Below the pieces are notes generated by a model. That model was not told the origin of the DNA, did not search any database, and worked only from the letters and a program-made list of their open reading frames with translations. From the NCBI GenBank assembly GCA_035544015.1, contig DATKIP010000012.1, positions 99,483 to 163,482 on the forward strand: a DNA stretch of 64,000 nt, written 5' to 3'. Each line of letters starts with the position of its first letter. Position 1 is the first letter of the stretch. The DNA is from Candidatus Saccharimonadia bacterium (lineage in GTDB: Bacteria > Patescibacteriota > Saccharimonadia > UBA4664). The translations under genes were made by a program, and so were the position numbers. Shown here one piece after another: positions 21,463-31,213 of the stretch.

Positions 21463-21491
21463 ATTCTACCTCAAATCGACCGTTCCAGCAA
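21463..21491 (-). promoter_or_regulatory. candidate tmRNA promoter (TTGCTG-17-TAGAAT on the minus strand)
   Basis: Hexamers at 21486-21491 and 21463-21468 with 17-nt spacing, about 15 nt upstream of the mature 5' end. Confidence 0.35.
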
Positions 21492-21662
21492 CAATCTGTA
21501 CTGGTTCACACCATCCGGGCGACAAAATAAGCATAAGCGTGTTGTACCAAACACCACGATACTCACAAAAACACCCCAGCTCATCCCAAGCTTTTTAGGA
21601 CCCATCACAAAGCCAGGCTCACACCGCCGGCGTAGCATGAGGGGTGTAATGTGGAGGTTACA

Positions 21663-21983
21663 ATGTATCAGCACTACCTAGAAGATGACGGTATGGATCC
21701 TGGTCTTGGGGACCTTGCGTATGACGGCAGCGAGTACCAGCTCGATGAGTTTGGCGAGCGCATCGGCGCCGATGACCTAGCCGAGGAAGATGCGGCCGAC
21801 GAGGAAGAAGCCATGTCCGAAGACGACATGCAGCCCCTCAGCCCCATCGATGATGGTTTTGGCGAGACCCTTAGCCCCGCCGACAATCCCAAACTCGACG
21901 ACCAATTCGACGACGAGGCTCTGCGCGACGAGACCGAGGCGGATTATCCCGGCGGCATCAAGCCCGACGCTACCGACTCCTAA
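21663..21983 (+). CDS. small highly acidic hypothetical protein (DE-rich)
   Basis: ORF with about 35% Asp/Glu. A 13-bp stem hairpin follows at 22025-22060. Confidence 0.35.
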   Translation: MYQHYLEDDGMDPGLGDLAYDGSEYQLDEFGERIGADDLAEEDAADEEEAMSEDDMQPLSPIDDGFGETLSPADNPKLDDQFDDEALRDETEADYPGGIKPDATDS

Positions 21984-22088
21984 AAACCCAAAAACACCCC
22001 GACAATAACCCCGGCATAATCTAGCCGGGGTTATTGCTGCCAAGAGCGTCCCAGCACGATGGTATAATCAAACAAATATCATCCAACC

Positions 22089-22934
22089 GTGAACACAAAA
22101 CCACCAATTTCGCACACCCTTTCAATTGCCGGCGCCAAGGTCCATTACGTGGACCTCCGCCCCCATCTGCCCGGCACCATCCTGATGCTACATGGACTGA
22201 GAAGCAGCCACGCCGGTCTCCTGAAGCTAGCCGAGCAATTCCCCGGTCATCGCGTCATCATCCCTGATTTCCCCGGCTACGGCGGCAGCGCGCCGCTCGC
22301 CGGGCGGCACACCGTAGCCGCCTACACCGCATTCGTCGGCAGCTTCATCCGAGAGCTAAAGCTGCAGAACCTCACGTTGCTCGGCCACAGTTTTGGGGCC
22401 CTCATCGGCCTCGCCTACGCTGCCACCACATCGGCCGAAATCAACCACCTCGTAATGATTAGTCCCATCCCCAAGCCAAATATCATCTCGCGTGCCGGTA
22501 CTATTTACTACCGCATCGGTCAGGCACTTCCTGCGCCGCTCGACAAGCGCTGGCTCACCAACCGCCGCCTCCACCGGCCGATACGCCAGCTCGTAGCCCG
22601 CGCCACCGACCCCGTCACCCACGCCTACGTCATGGCCGAAGGCGAGCACGAACTCCAAGTGCTCGAGCCCCATATCAATGTCCAAAACTACCTCAGCCTC
22701 GCCGCCACCGACCCCACCCTCTGGCTAGCAAGCCTCACCGTCCCGACGCTCGTGGTAGCCGGCGACGCCGATCCCCTCACCCGCCTCGCCGATGTCATAG
22801 CCAGCTACGACCGCCCCGGTATTATCATCAAAGTCATCGAGGGCATGGGGCACTTCGCACCCGCCGAAATTCCCACCGAGATCGCCGTAGCCGTCACCTC
22901 GTGGCTGCGCACACCCCAAGGAGCCTCTGTTTGA
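22089..22934 (+). CDS. alpha/beta-fold hydrolase
   Basis: HGLRSSHAG...LLGHSFGALIG nucleophile elbow. GTG start preceded by an extended -10 TGGTATAAT. Confidence 0.75.
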   Translation: MNTKPPISHTLSIAGAKVHYVDLRPHLPGTILMLHGLRSSHAGLLKLAEQFPGHRVIIPDFPGYGGSAPLAGRHTVAAYTAFVGSFIRELKLQNLTLLGHSFGALIGLAYAATTSAEINHLVMISPIPKPNIISRAGTIYYRIGQALPAPLDKRWLTNRRLHRPIRQLVARATDPVTHAYVMAEGEHELQVLEPHINVQNYLSLAATDPTLWLASLTVPTLVVAGDADPLTRLADVIASYDRPGIIIKVIEGMGHFAPAEIPTEIAVAVTSWLRTPQGASV

Positions 22935-23818
22935 TGATCGACCTCAAACACCAAGACAAGCCCGGCCACAGCTTCGAAGCCTTTGGTAGCCATGCCAAAT
23001 ATTGGACCTATGGCGACCCCAAGCTCCCCACCATCATAGTCATCCACGGCTTCCGCGGCACCCATCACGGCCTGCTCAGCATTATTAAGTATCTGCCGAA
23101 GTATCACGTTGTGGTCCCCGACCTCCCCGGCTTCGGCGACTCCACCCCCATGACCACTCAACCCCACAACATGCTCGGCTACGCCCGCTTCATCCGCGAG
23201 CTCATCCACCACCTCAAGCTCGACCCCGTCATTCTACTCGGCCATTCCATGGGCACCACCGTCGCCGCTGAGCTCGTGGCGCTTGATCCCGCCATCGCCA
23301 CCCACCTGATACTCATCAACCCCATTGCCGAACACCCCCTCAAAAGCCAAACCGGGCCCCAAATTGCGCTCGGAGGGCTGCATCTGAAAATAGGCGCCCA
23401 GTGGCTACCTGAGAAAATCGGCCTCGTATGGCTGTCCCACAGCTGGCCCATCATGCTCGCCAGTGCCACCATGACCAAAACCCGCGACAAACAGCTACGC
23501 CGATGGATTCATGCCAACCACCTGACCTACATGAAGCGCTTCCACAACCGCCACACCCTCTTCGAAGTTTACCGAGCCTCGGTAGAGCACACGGTCACCG
23601 CCCACGCCGCCAACATCACCATCCCCACCCTCCTCATTGCCGGCCGAGTCGACGCCATCGCACCGATCAAAGGCCAGCGCAAACTCGCTGCCGCCATCGC
23701 CGGCGCCCAGCTCATTGAGTTCGACAACGTCGGCCACATCATCCACTACGAGAAAGCCCGCGAAGCCGCCGCGGCTATCAACGACTTCTTACCACCCCCA
23801 GCAACGCCCGCCGTTTAA
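22934..23818 (+). CDS. alpha/beta-fold hydrolase (tandem paralog; start at ATG 22934 overlapping the upstream stop as ATGA)
   Basis: HGFRGTHHG...LLGHSMGTTVAAE. Paralogous to the upstream gene. Confidence 0.75.
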   Translation: MIDLKHQDKPGHSFEAFGSHAKYWTYGDPKLPTIIVIHGFRGTHHGLLSIIKYLPKYHVVVPDLPGFGDSTPMTTQPHNMLGYARFIRELIHHLKLDPVILLGHSMGTTVAAELVALDPAIATHLILINPIAEHPLKSQTGPQIALGGLHLKIGAQWLPEKIGLVWLSHSWPIMLASATMTKTRDKQLRRWIHANHLTYMKRFHNRHTLFEVYRASVEHTVTAHAANITIPTLLIAGRVDAIAPIKGQRKLAAAIAGAQLIEFDNVGHIIHYEKAREAAAAINDFLPPPATPAV

Positions 23819-24992
23819 TCTTGGGTTTATGTTCGCGCACGACTTGTTCGTAGAGCTTCTCGTACGCCGTGATAGTATTCGCCAGATCATGTGTTCGCGC
23901 GATCTGTAGGCTCACCGCCCCAAATTGCTCCACGACAGTCTTATCCCCCACGATCCGCCCCATTCGATCGGCCAGCTCCTCATAGTCATCCACCTCAAAC
24001 AAGTACCCGTTGCGCCCCTCCTGACACAGCTCATACACCGCCCCAGCATTCACCACCACCACCGGCATACCCGTAGCCATCGCCTCGAGCGTCGCAATAC
24101 TCTGCAACTCGGCCGGCGACGGCATCACAAACAAGCTACCCAGCCGCAATATCGTCGGCTTGTCGTCTTCGTCCACCTTGCCCGTAAAGGTTACGCGGTC
24201 AGTCATATTCAGATCACGCGCCAACTCTTTGAGATGTGCCAAATCATTGCCGTCGCCCACAATCACCAAGTGAAACTTCACCCGGCCCAAAAGCCGATGA
24301 GCCGCGCGCACCAACACCCCCACATGCTTCTCGGCATCAAGCCGACCCAAATACATCACTACCGGAACACCCATCGGAATCCCAAATCGCTCATAAAATT
24401 CCGCCGACACCTTGCCAGACTTAAACCGACTCAAATCAACTCCATTCGAAATCGCTACAAACGGCTTCGAAAACGAATCCGGCTTCAGCATGCGGATAGC
24501 TGCCTGCGTTGGCAAGGTCACGACGTCCGCATTGCTGTAAAATCTACTACCATATTCACGCAGCATAAAGTCAATTTGCCGCGCAAACGGCGCCAACAAC
24601 TTGAGATTATCGATGAAATTCTCACTCATCGCATGATTGGTCGCCACCAGGGGCACATGGTATTTCTTGGCCGCCCCAATCGCCCCCAAGCCCACTGCCA
24701 GCGGCGTCTGCAGATGAATCACATCCGGCGTAAACTCTTTGGTTATCTGATTGATCTCGCGGTTGGGTGACAGCGAAATCCGCAAATTCTGATAAAACGG
24801 AAACACCACCGACGCCGTCCGCATCACCCGATAATTACCATCCATCTCCACCGAGCGCTTGCCGGTTTGCGACGGCGCCACCACCACCACATCATGGCCA
24901 CGCTCCGCCAAACCTTGCGCGAGGGTTCTGCCAGCAGTCGCAATCCCGTTAATGGTTGGCCAGTGAAGATCGGAGGCCATGAGAATCTTCAT
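23778..24992 (-). CDS. GT4 glycosyltransferase
   Basis: GT-B GT4 architecture and EX7E-like C-terminal region. Confidence 0.8.
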   Translation of the reverse strand: MKILMASDLHWPTINGIATAGRTLAQGLAERGHDVVVVAPSQTGKRSVEMDGNYRVMRTASVVFPFYQNLRISLSPNREINQITKEFTPDVIHLQTPLAVGLGAIGAAKKYHVPLVATNHAMSENFIDNLKLLAPFARQIDFMLREYGSRFYSNADVVTLPTQAAIRMLKPDSFSKPFVAISNGVDLSRFKSGKVSAEFYERFGIPMGVPVVMYLGRLDAEKHVGVLVRAAHRLLGRVKFHLVIVGDGNDLAHLKELARDLNMTDRVTFTGKVDEDDKPTILRLGSLFVMPSPAELQSIATLEAMATGMPVVVVNAGAVYELCQEGRNGYLFEVDDYEELADRMGRIVGDKTVVEQFGAVSLQIARTHDLANTITAYEKLYEQVVREHKPKIKRRALLGVVRSR

Positions 24993-25041
24993 GACGCGAT
25001 TATATCAAGTCAGATACCACTTATGATAGAGTGGGGTCATT

Positions 25042-26127
25042 ATGATGGTAATTTTTGACGCCCGCTGGACCAAAACCGACCATCACGACGGCATCAGCCG
25101 CTTCGGCGCCAACCTCCTCGAAGCACTCGTGAAACTCACGCCCGTCACCGCGCTCATTTGTGATCAACGCCAGCTGAAGCTATTGCCCACCGGACCCACC
25201 TACATCCAGGTCAACCAACCCACCTCACCGGCCGAGATCCTCCTGCCGCTCAAGCTCAACCGCCTCGACGCCGACGCCGTCTACAGCCCCATGCAGATCA
25301 TGGGCACCATCGGCCGCCGCTACAAACTCATCTTCACCCTCCACGACACCATCTATTACCGCTACCCCATGGCGCCCACCGACCTCAGCGTATCGGCTCG
25401 CGCCTTCTGGTGGCTCTACCACCAAGCCTATTGGCCCGGCCGGCTCGTACTCAATCAAGCCGACCTCATCGCCACCGTCAGCGAATTCTCAAAACACGAA
25501 ATCACATCAAACCATCTCACCGATCGGCCCGTAGAAGTCCTCTACAATGCCGCCCCCAAGCTCCCATCGGCCATTGCGAACACAAAAATTAAGCCTGAAT
25601 TGGTGTTTATGGGCACCCTCATGCCCTACAAAAACGCCGAACTGCTCATCCAGTCACTGCCCCTGCTGCCCAAATACCACCTCCATCTCACCGGCCGCGC
25701 TACCCCAGACCGCCTCGCCGCCCTCACCGCCCTGGCCAACCAGCACCACGTCGCCAGCCGCATCACCTTCTGGAATGGCGCCAGCGACGCCGACTACGCT
25801 AAACTGCTAAGCAGCGCCACGGCCCTCGTGAGTGCCTCGCGCTTCGAGGGCTTCGGGCTGCCGCTCGTCGAAGGCATGGCGCACGGAGTGCCCGTAGTCT
25901 GCAGCGACATACCCATCTTCCACGAGGTCGCCGGAAAAGCCGCGCTGTACTTCGATCCCGATTCTCCAGCCGCTTTCGCGGACCAAATTCGCGCGCTCGA
26001 GCAGCCGCCTGTTCGCGCCGAGCTCATCAAACTCGGCTCCGCTCAAGCCGCCAGCTTCAGTTGGGACCACACCGCAGCCAAACTGCTCAAAATACTCACT
26101 ACCCTCACCGCTCAGGAGCATAAATGA
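25042..26127 (+). CDS. GT4 glycosyltransferase
   Basis: RFEGFGLPLVEGMAHGVPVV GT4 C-terminal motif. Confidence 0.8.
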   Translation: MMVIFDARWTKTDHHDGISRFGANLLEALVKLTPVTALICDQRQLKLLPTGPTYIQVNQPTSPAEILLPLKLNRLDADAVYSPMQIMGTIGRRYKLIFTLHDTIYYRYPMAPTDLSVSARAFWWLYHQAYWPGRLVLNQADLIATVSEFSKHEITSNHLTDRPVEVLYNAAPKLPSAIANTKIKPELVFMGTLMPYKNAELLIQSLPLLPKYHLHLTGRATPDRLAALTALANQHHVASRITFWNGASDADYAKLLSSATALVSASRFEGFGLPLVEGMAHGVPVVCSDIPIFHEVAGKAALYFDPDSPAAFADQIRALEQPPVRAELIKLGSAQAASFSWDHTAAKLLKILTTLTAQEHK

Positions 26128-27269
26128 CCCCTATTGTTGATAAAATTACAGCACCAAAGCGTATTTTGATCCTCATGGCCAACGCCGGCGGCGGCCACAA
26201 GAGCGCTGCCAATGCCATCGCCGAAGCCCTCGTGACCAAGTATCAAGAGGGAGTCGTTGTCGAAATTATTGATTCACTCAAAGAAATCGCCCCTCAGCCC
26301 TTCGACCGCGGTGGTGATCTGTTTCAGCTCGTCATAAAATCACCCAAGGCCTGGCGCAGCCTTTACGAAATCGTCGATGGACCTCGTAGATCCAAGATCA
26401 TCAATTCCAGTATTTCCCTCTACGCCCTCCGCAACAGCCGAAAGTTGCTCGAAAATCACCCCGCCGACCTCGTTATATCCACCTACCATTTTGCCAACGC
26501 CGGCATGCTCGAAACGCTGGCCCGACACAATATCAAAATACCGTTTGTCACTGTCGTCACCGACCTCGTCACCGTCCCGCTGATCTGGTTCGACACCCGC
26601 ACCACTCTCTGCATTACGCCCACCCCCCAAGCCGCCCAACTAGCACACGAATGCGGATTGAAGCCAAAACAAATAAAAGTCATCGGGCAACCAGTATCCA
26701 GTCGTTTTTATCCCCCCGCCAAAGCCAAAAACCAGCTCAAAAAAGCCCTCGACTGGAACCCTACCCAGCCGGCCATCATCACCATGGCGGGCGGCGAAGG
26801 CGTCGGGGCCCTCGACGAGATTACAAACCTTCTCGCCCCCCTCGAAGCCACCATCGCCGTCGTTACCGGCAAAAATACCAACCTTTACGAGAAACTTTCG
26901 ACCGAGGCACCACCCAACGTCAAGGTCTACGGCTTCGTCAGCAACCTCGACGAAATGATGCGCGCAGCCGATCTCATCGTCACCAAGGCCGGCCCCGGCA
27001 CCATCGTCGAAGCGCTCAATTCCCACCTACCCCTTATCCTCTACTCCAAGCTCTCGGGTCAAGAAGACGGCAACGTCGATTTCGTCACCAACGCCGGCGC
27101 CGGGCTCTGGCAGCCCAAACTCAGCGAGATGGCAAGCACCGTGCGCCTGCTACTCGACAACCCGGCCACACTCAAGCACATGTCCGAAGCCGCCAGCAGC
27201 ATCGCCCAACCCGGAGCCAGCGCCGAGATCGCCTCTACCATCGGCTCGCTCATCGGCCTCCCTGCCTAA
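26124..27269 (+). CDS. GT28 diacylglycerol glycosyltransferase (UgtP/YpfP, MGDG-synthase-like)
   Basis: N-terminal MGDG_synth-like region (ILILMANAGGGHKSAANAI) and a GT28 C-terminal domain. Confidence 0.75.
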   Translation: MTPIVDKITAPKRILILMANAGGGHKSAANAIAEALVTKYQEGVVVEIIDSLKEIAPQPFDRGGDLFQLVIKSPKAWRSLYEIVDGPRRSKIINSSISLYALRNSRKLLENHPADLVISTYHFANAGMLETLARHNIKIPFVTVVTDLVTVPLIWFDTRTTLCITPTPQAAQLAHECGLKPKQIKVIGQPVSSRFYPPAKAKNQLKKALDWNPTQPAIITMAGGEGVGALDEITNLLAPLEATIAVVTGKNTNLYEKLSTEAPPNVKVYGFVSNLDEMMRAADLIVTKAGPGTIVEALNSHLPLILYSKLSGQEDGNVDFVTNAGAGLWQPKLSEMASTVRLLLDNPATLKHMSEAASSIAQPGASAEIASTIGSLIGLPA

Positions 27270-27338
27270 AAACACGCGCCACGGCAGTGCCAAAACTGGC
27301 GTTCCGGCTCCAAAATTGTTACGCTAGCGACAACAACG

Positions 27339-28310
27339 GTGAAACCCTCGGTGGCGAAGTCAGCCCAATCCAAATTCACAAACGAGCGTGCAGAGCTCCG
27401 CAAGCACTATTTTCTCGATAGCTACGTCGTGATCGCGCCCCGGCGCAGCTTCCGGCCCGACTCTTTCTCCCGCGCCGCCGAGCCCCACAAGCTGGTCATG
27501 GACCACTGCCCATTCGATCACAACACCGAGCACGCCGTATGGCAGCATCCCCGCGGCGCCGACTGGCGCGTGAAAGTCGTCCGCAATGTCTTCCCAGCCT
27601 TTTCCCCCGACAACCCCAAGGCCTTTGGCATCCAGGAAGTTATCATCAACACGCCCGATCACTTCAGTGAATTTTCCGACCTCTCCGTCAGCCATATCGT
27701 CGAAATCTTTGCCGCCTACCGCCAGCGAATCAGCGAGCTCTCCAAAATCGACGGCATCCGCTACGTACTCATATTTAAAAACGATGGCCCCGTCGCCGGA
27801 GCGAGCATCGCCCACGCCCATTGCCAAATTTTTGCCCTGCCCATCATACCGCCCAAAATCGCCACCGAGAGCGACGCGCTCAATCACCATTGGGATCTCC
27901 ACAACACCTGCGCCTATTGCGACACGATCGCCTGGGAAGAACAACAAAAAGTGCGCCTCGTTAGTCACGATAAACATTTTGTAGCCCTCGCCCCCTACGC
28001 CTCCAGTCACGCCCTGGAGGTCTGGCTGCTTCCTCGCCGCCACATCAACAAACTCGGCGAACTCCACGCCGATGAAATACAATCCCTTGCAATAATTATC
28101 AAAAAAATAACCGCTCGTCTCGATGCATCAACGATAAGTTTCAACTATATTATACAAGAATCCCTCGACCACCAAGACCATCATTTCGTCATAAAAGTCG
28201 AACCTCGCACCACCAAATTCGCCGGGGCCGAGCTGGGAACCGGCATCGAGGTAAATCCCGTCGCCCCCGAATACGCCGCCTTGTGGTACCAGGGCAAAAC
28301 CACCGACTAG
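27339..28310 (+). CDS. galactose-1-phosphate uridylyltransferase-like (GalT, HIT superfamily)
   Basis: Zn-site cysteines/histidines and HAHCQIFALP (HxHxQ) nucleotidyl-transfer motif. Confidence 0.75.
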   Translation: MKPSVAKSAQSKFTNERAELRKHYFLDSYVVIAPRRSFRPDSFSRAAEPHKLVMDHCPFDHNTEHAVWQHPRGADWRVKVVRNVFPAFSPDNPKAFGIQEVIINTPDHFSEFSDLSVSHIVEIFAAYRQRISELSKIDGIRYVLIFKNDGPVAGASIAHAHCQIFALPIIPPKIATESDALNHHWDLHNTCAYCDTIAWEEQQKVRLVSHDKHFVALAPYASSHALEVWLLPRRHINKLGELHADEIQSLAIIIKKITARLDASTISFNYIIQESLDHQDHHFVIKVEPRTTKFAGAELGTGIEVNPVAPEYAALWYQGKTTD

Positions 28311-28364
28311 CCCTTGCATGTTCGCTTTACGTTCGGTATAGTGCAGGTCTCACCAGGAGAACTC

Positions 28365-29921
28365 ATGCTAGCCACTACGTACGCCCCTGCCATTATTGGC
28401 ATCGACAGCCACCTCATCTCCATTGAATGCGACATGACCAACGGCCTGCCCGGTTTTGTCATCGTTGGGCTCGGCGACAAAGCCGTCGACGAATCCCGCG
28501 AACGCGTACGCAGCGCTATCAAAAACAGCCAATTGATGCTGCCACCCAAACGCATCACCCTCAACCTCGCGCCCGCCGACCTGCCGAAAGATGGTTCCAG
28601 CTACGATCTTGGCATGGCCGTAGCCGTCCTCGCCGCGAGCGGCCAAATTGACGCCAGCCTCTTCGAAGGCAGCCTGTTTATGGGCGAGCTCGCCCTCGAC
28701 GGCACCATTCGCCCCGTCCGGGGAGCCATCATCGCCGCCGAAATGACCCACCGCGGCGGCTTTGAACGGCTTTTTGTAGCCCCCGAAAACGCCGCCGAAG
28801 CCGCCCTTTCGGGCCAAACCAAGGTCTTCGCGGTATCAAGCCTCCTCGAACTCTATCAGCACCTCGTTGGCCATACGCTGCTTTCCCCGTTTGCTGCTAC
28901 CGCGGGCAGCACCCTCGAGCCGGCCGACTCCCCAGTGGTAGATTTTAGCCTCATCTACGGCCAGGTTGCAGCCAAGCGCGCAGTCGAAATCGCTGCTGCC
29001 GGCGGCCACAACCTCTTGCTCACCGGACCTCCCGGCACCGGCAAAACTCTTCTTTCCAAAGCCATTATGGGCATACTGCCCCAGCCTACCTTCGAAGAAT
29101 CCATCGAAATCTCCAAACTCCACAACCTCGCCGGCCGCCAGGCCACGGGCATCATGCGCACGCGGCCGTTTCGATCACCGCATCACACTGCCTCCAGCGT
29201 GGCCCTCATCGGCGGCGGCACCAAACCCCGTCCGGGCGAAATCAGCCTCAGCCACGGCGGAGTGTTATTTCTGGATGAATTACCCGAATTCCCCCGCGGA
29301 GTGCTCGAGGTGTTGCGTCAACCGCTAGAAGACGGCTCCATTACCGTTGCCCGCGCCGCCGGAGTAGCCACCTTTCCCGCCCGCTTTATGCTCGTAGCCA
29401 CCCGCAATCCCTGCCCCTGCGGCTTCGCCGGTGACCCCGACGAAAAATGCCAGTGCGAACACGCCGCCATCAACCGCTACCAACGCAAAATTTCCGGTCC
29501 ACTCCTCGACCGCATCGACATCGTCACCGAGGTGGCACGCATCGATCAACAAGCCATCATCCGCGCTCGTCCCGCCGAAAGCAGCGCCGACATAGCCGGG
29601 CGCGTTCAGCGCGCCCGCACCATCCAGCAACAGCGCGCCTACGAACACGGCGTCAGCTGCAACGCCCACATGAGTACTAGAGATATTCAAAAACATTGTA
29701 CTATTAACAACGAAACTACCGATATCGCGTCTCATGCCATGAGCAATCTCAGCCTTTCGGCCCGCGGCTACAGCCGCATCCTAAAAGTCGCCCGCACCAT
29801 CGCCGATCTAGAAGCCTCCTCAACCATCCAAACCCACCACTTCACCGAGGCGCTCCAGTACCGGCCCCGACTCCCCGAAACCCGTACCAACCACACCGCC
29901 CAAGCCAGCGTAAACGGCTAA
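28365..29921 (+). CDS. YifB/ComM-family Mg-chelatase-like AAA+ ATPase (start at ATG 28365; an upstream in-frame start at 28314 is possible)
   Basis: Lon-like N-domain, Walker A GPPGTGKTLLSKA, Mg-chelatase ChlI-like C-terminus. Confidence 0.85.
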   Translation: MLATTYAPAIIGIDSHLISIECDMTNGLPGFVIVGLGDKAVDESRERVRSAIKNSQLMLPPKRITLNLAPADLPKDGSSYDLGMAVAVLAASGQIDASLFEGSLFMGELALDGTIRPVRGAIIAAEMTHRGGFERLFVAPENAAEAALSGQTKVFAVSSLLELYQHLVGHTLLSPFAATAGSTLEPADSPVVDFSLIYGQVAAKRAVEIAAAGGHNLLLTGPPGTGKTLLSKAIMGILPQPTFEESIEISKLHNLAGRQATGIMRTRPFRSPHHTASSVALIGGGTKPRPGEISLSHGGVLFLDELPEFPRGVLEVLRQPLEDGSITVARAAGVATFPARFMLVATRNPCPCGFAGDPDEKCQCEHAAINRYQRKISGPLLDRIDIVTEVARIDQQAIIRARPAESSADIAGRVQRARTIQQQRAYEHGVSCNAHMSTRDIQKHCTINNETTDIASHAMSNLSLSARGYSRILKVARTIADLEASSTIQTHHFTEALQYRPRLPETRTNHTAQASVNG

Positions 29922-30223
29922 ACCTTTACCAGATTATAAATCGAGGCGCCCACGGAGGTGTGCACGAGCACAAAGTACAAAACCAGCTCTACGCCGACCA
30001 AAGCCACCGCCATTACGCCGATTCGCCGCAAATCGCTCGAAACGTACGAGAAATCACGAGTGCTTACCGCGGGCGCCACCGAGCGGGCGCTAGACTGAAG
30101 CGACGCCCCCATCGCAGCCGGAGATTCTGTCGCAGTCGCTACAACGGCGGTTGCGCCGGCAGCCTCAACGTGCTTGAACTTGTGCTTTTTTGCCGTATTC
30201 TTCTTCTTTGCCATGGCCCGCAT
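29918..30223 (-). CDS. small hypothetical membrane protein (start uncertain)
   Basis: Lys-rich N-terminus, one C-terminal TM. No SD sequence found. Confidence 0.25.
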   Translation of the reverse strand: MRAMAKKKNTAKKHKFKHVEAAGATAVVATATESPAAMGASLQSSARSVAPAVSTRDFSYVSSDLRRIGVMAVALVGVELVLYFVLVHTSVGASIYNLVKV

Positions 30224-30315
30224 TGTAGCATATCTGGCACCCCCCTCGCCTGGTCCCAGTTTGCGCCGAGGTTGCTCCACGCCATATACTGGTGACGAGC
30301 TAGAAGGACCTCGTT

Positions 30316-30795
30316 GTGATATATGCCCTCATTGCCCTTGCCCTGGCCAGCCTCGGCCTTGGTGTTATTGCCCTCGTACAGGTACGACGGCTCACGACGC
30401 GCTTCAGCGCCGCACTCGGCGGCAATGTCGCCGCATCGCTCGAATCCACCCTCACCGGTCACCTAGCCCGCGTTGAAGCCGTCGATAGCCGCCTAGGCGA
30501 GCTAGAATCCGAATACCAGCGCCTTTCGATCACCGGCGCCCTCGCCTCACAAAAGATCTCGGTGGTCCGGTTCAACCCCTTCGGCGACACCGGCGGCGAT
30601 CAAAGCTTCAGTCTAGCCGTACTCGATGCCCACGATTCCGGCTATGTACTTTCGAGCATCCACGGCCGCCAAGGCACCCGGGTTTACGTCAAGCCCGTCG
30701 ACTTTGGCAAGAGCAAATACCAGCTTTCGGTCGAGGAGCAGCAAGCCTTAAACCAAGCCGCCAAACGCGTACCCCAGATAAGCGAGGAGAACTAA
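30316..30795 (+). CDS. hypothetical membrane-anchored protein (DUF-type, adjacent to bactofilin)
   Basis: N-terminal TM and a conserved-looking soluble domain. 2-nt gap to the bactofilin gene. Confidence 0.5.
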   Translation: MIYALIALALASLGLGVIALVQVRRLTTRFSAALGGNVAASLESTLTGHLARVEAVDSRLGELESEYQRLSITGALASQKISVVRFNPFGDTGGDQSFSLAVLDAHDSGYVLSSIHGRQGTRVYVKPVDFGKSKYQLSVEEQQALNQAAKRVPQISEEN

Positions 30796-30796
30796 C

Positions 30797-31210
30797 ATGG
30801 CTCGAAAAAGTCACGATGACGCACTGGGAGTAGCCGGCGGCGAAACGATCATCGGCGCCGGTGTCACCGTGCATGGCACCCTTAACAGCGATGCCGATAT
30901 CACCATCGACGGCAGCCTCGACGGCACCATCACCACCGCCGGCGACCTCACCATCGGCGTCAACGGCCGCATCACGGCCGACGTCACCGCCACCAATATC
31001 ACGATACTCGGCCACCTCAAGGGCAACATTACCGCCACCGGCGAAGCCTCTATCCGCGAAACCGGCCAAGTCGAGGGCGACATCGTTTCCGGTGGGCTCG
31101 CCATCAGCCCCGGCGGTATTTTCGTGGGCCGCAGCCAAATGCAAACCGTCATACCGCTCGGCCCCGAACCCACCAAACCCGAGCCTCAATCCGAGACCAA
31201 GAATCTCTAA
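30797..31210 (+). CDS. bactofilin (polymer-forming cytoskeletal protein, DUF583)
   Basis: Repetitive beta-helical G/T/I/V-rich core (TIDGSLDGTITTAGDLTIGVNGRITADVTA...). Confidence 0.8.
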   Translation: MARKSHDDALGVAGGETIIGAGVTVHGTLNSDADITIDGSLDGTITTAGDLTIGVNGRITADVTATNITILGHLKGNITATGEASIRETGQVEGDIVSGGLAISPGGIFVGRSQMQTVIPLGPEPTKPEPQSETKNL

Positions 31211-31213
31211 ACC

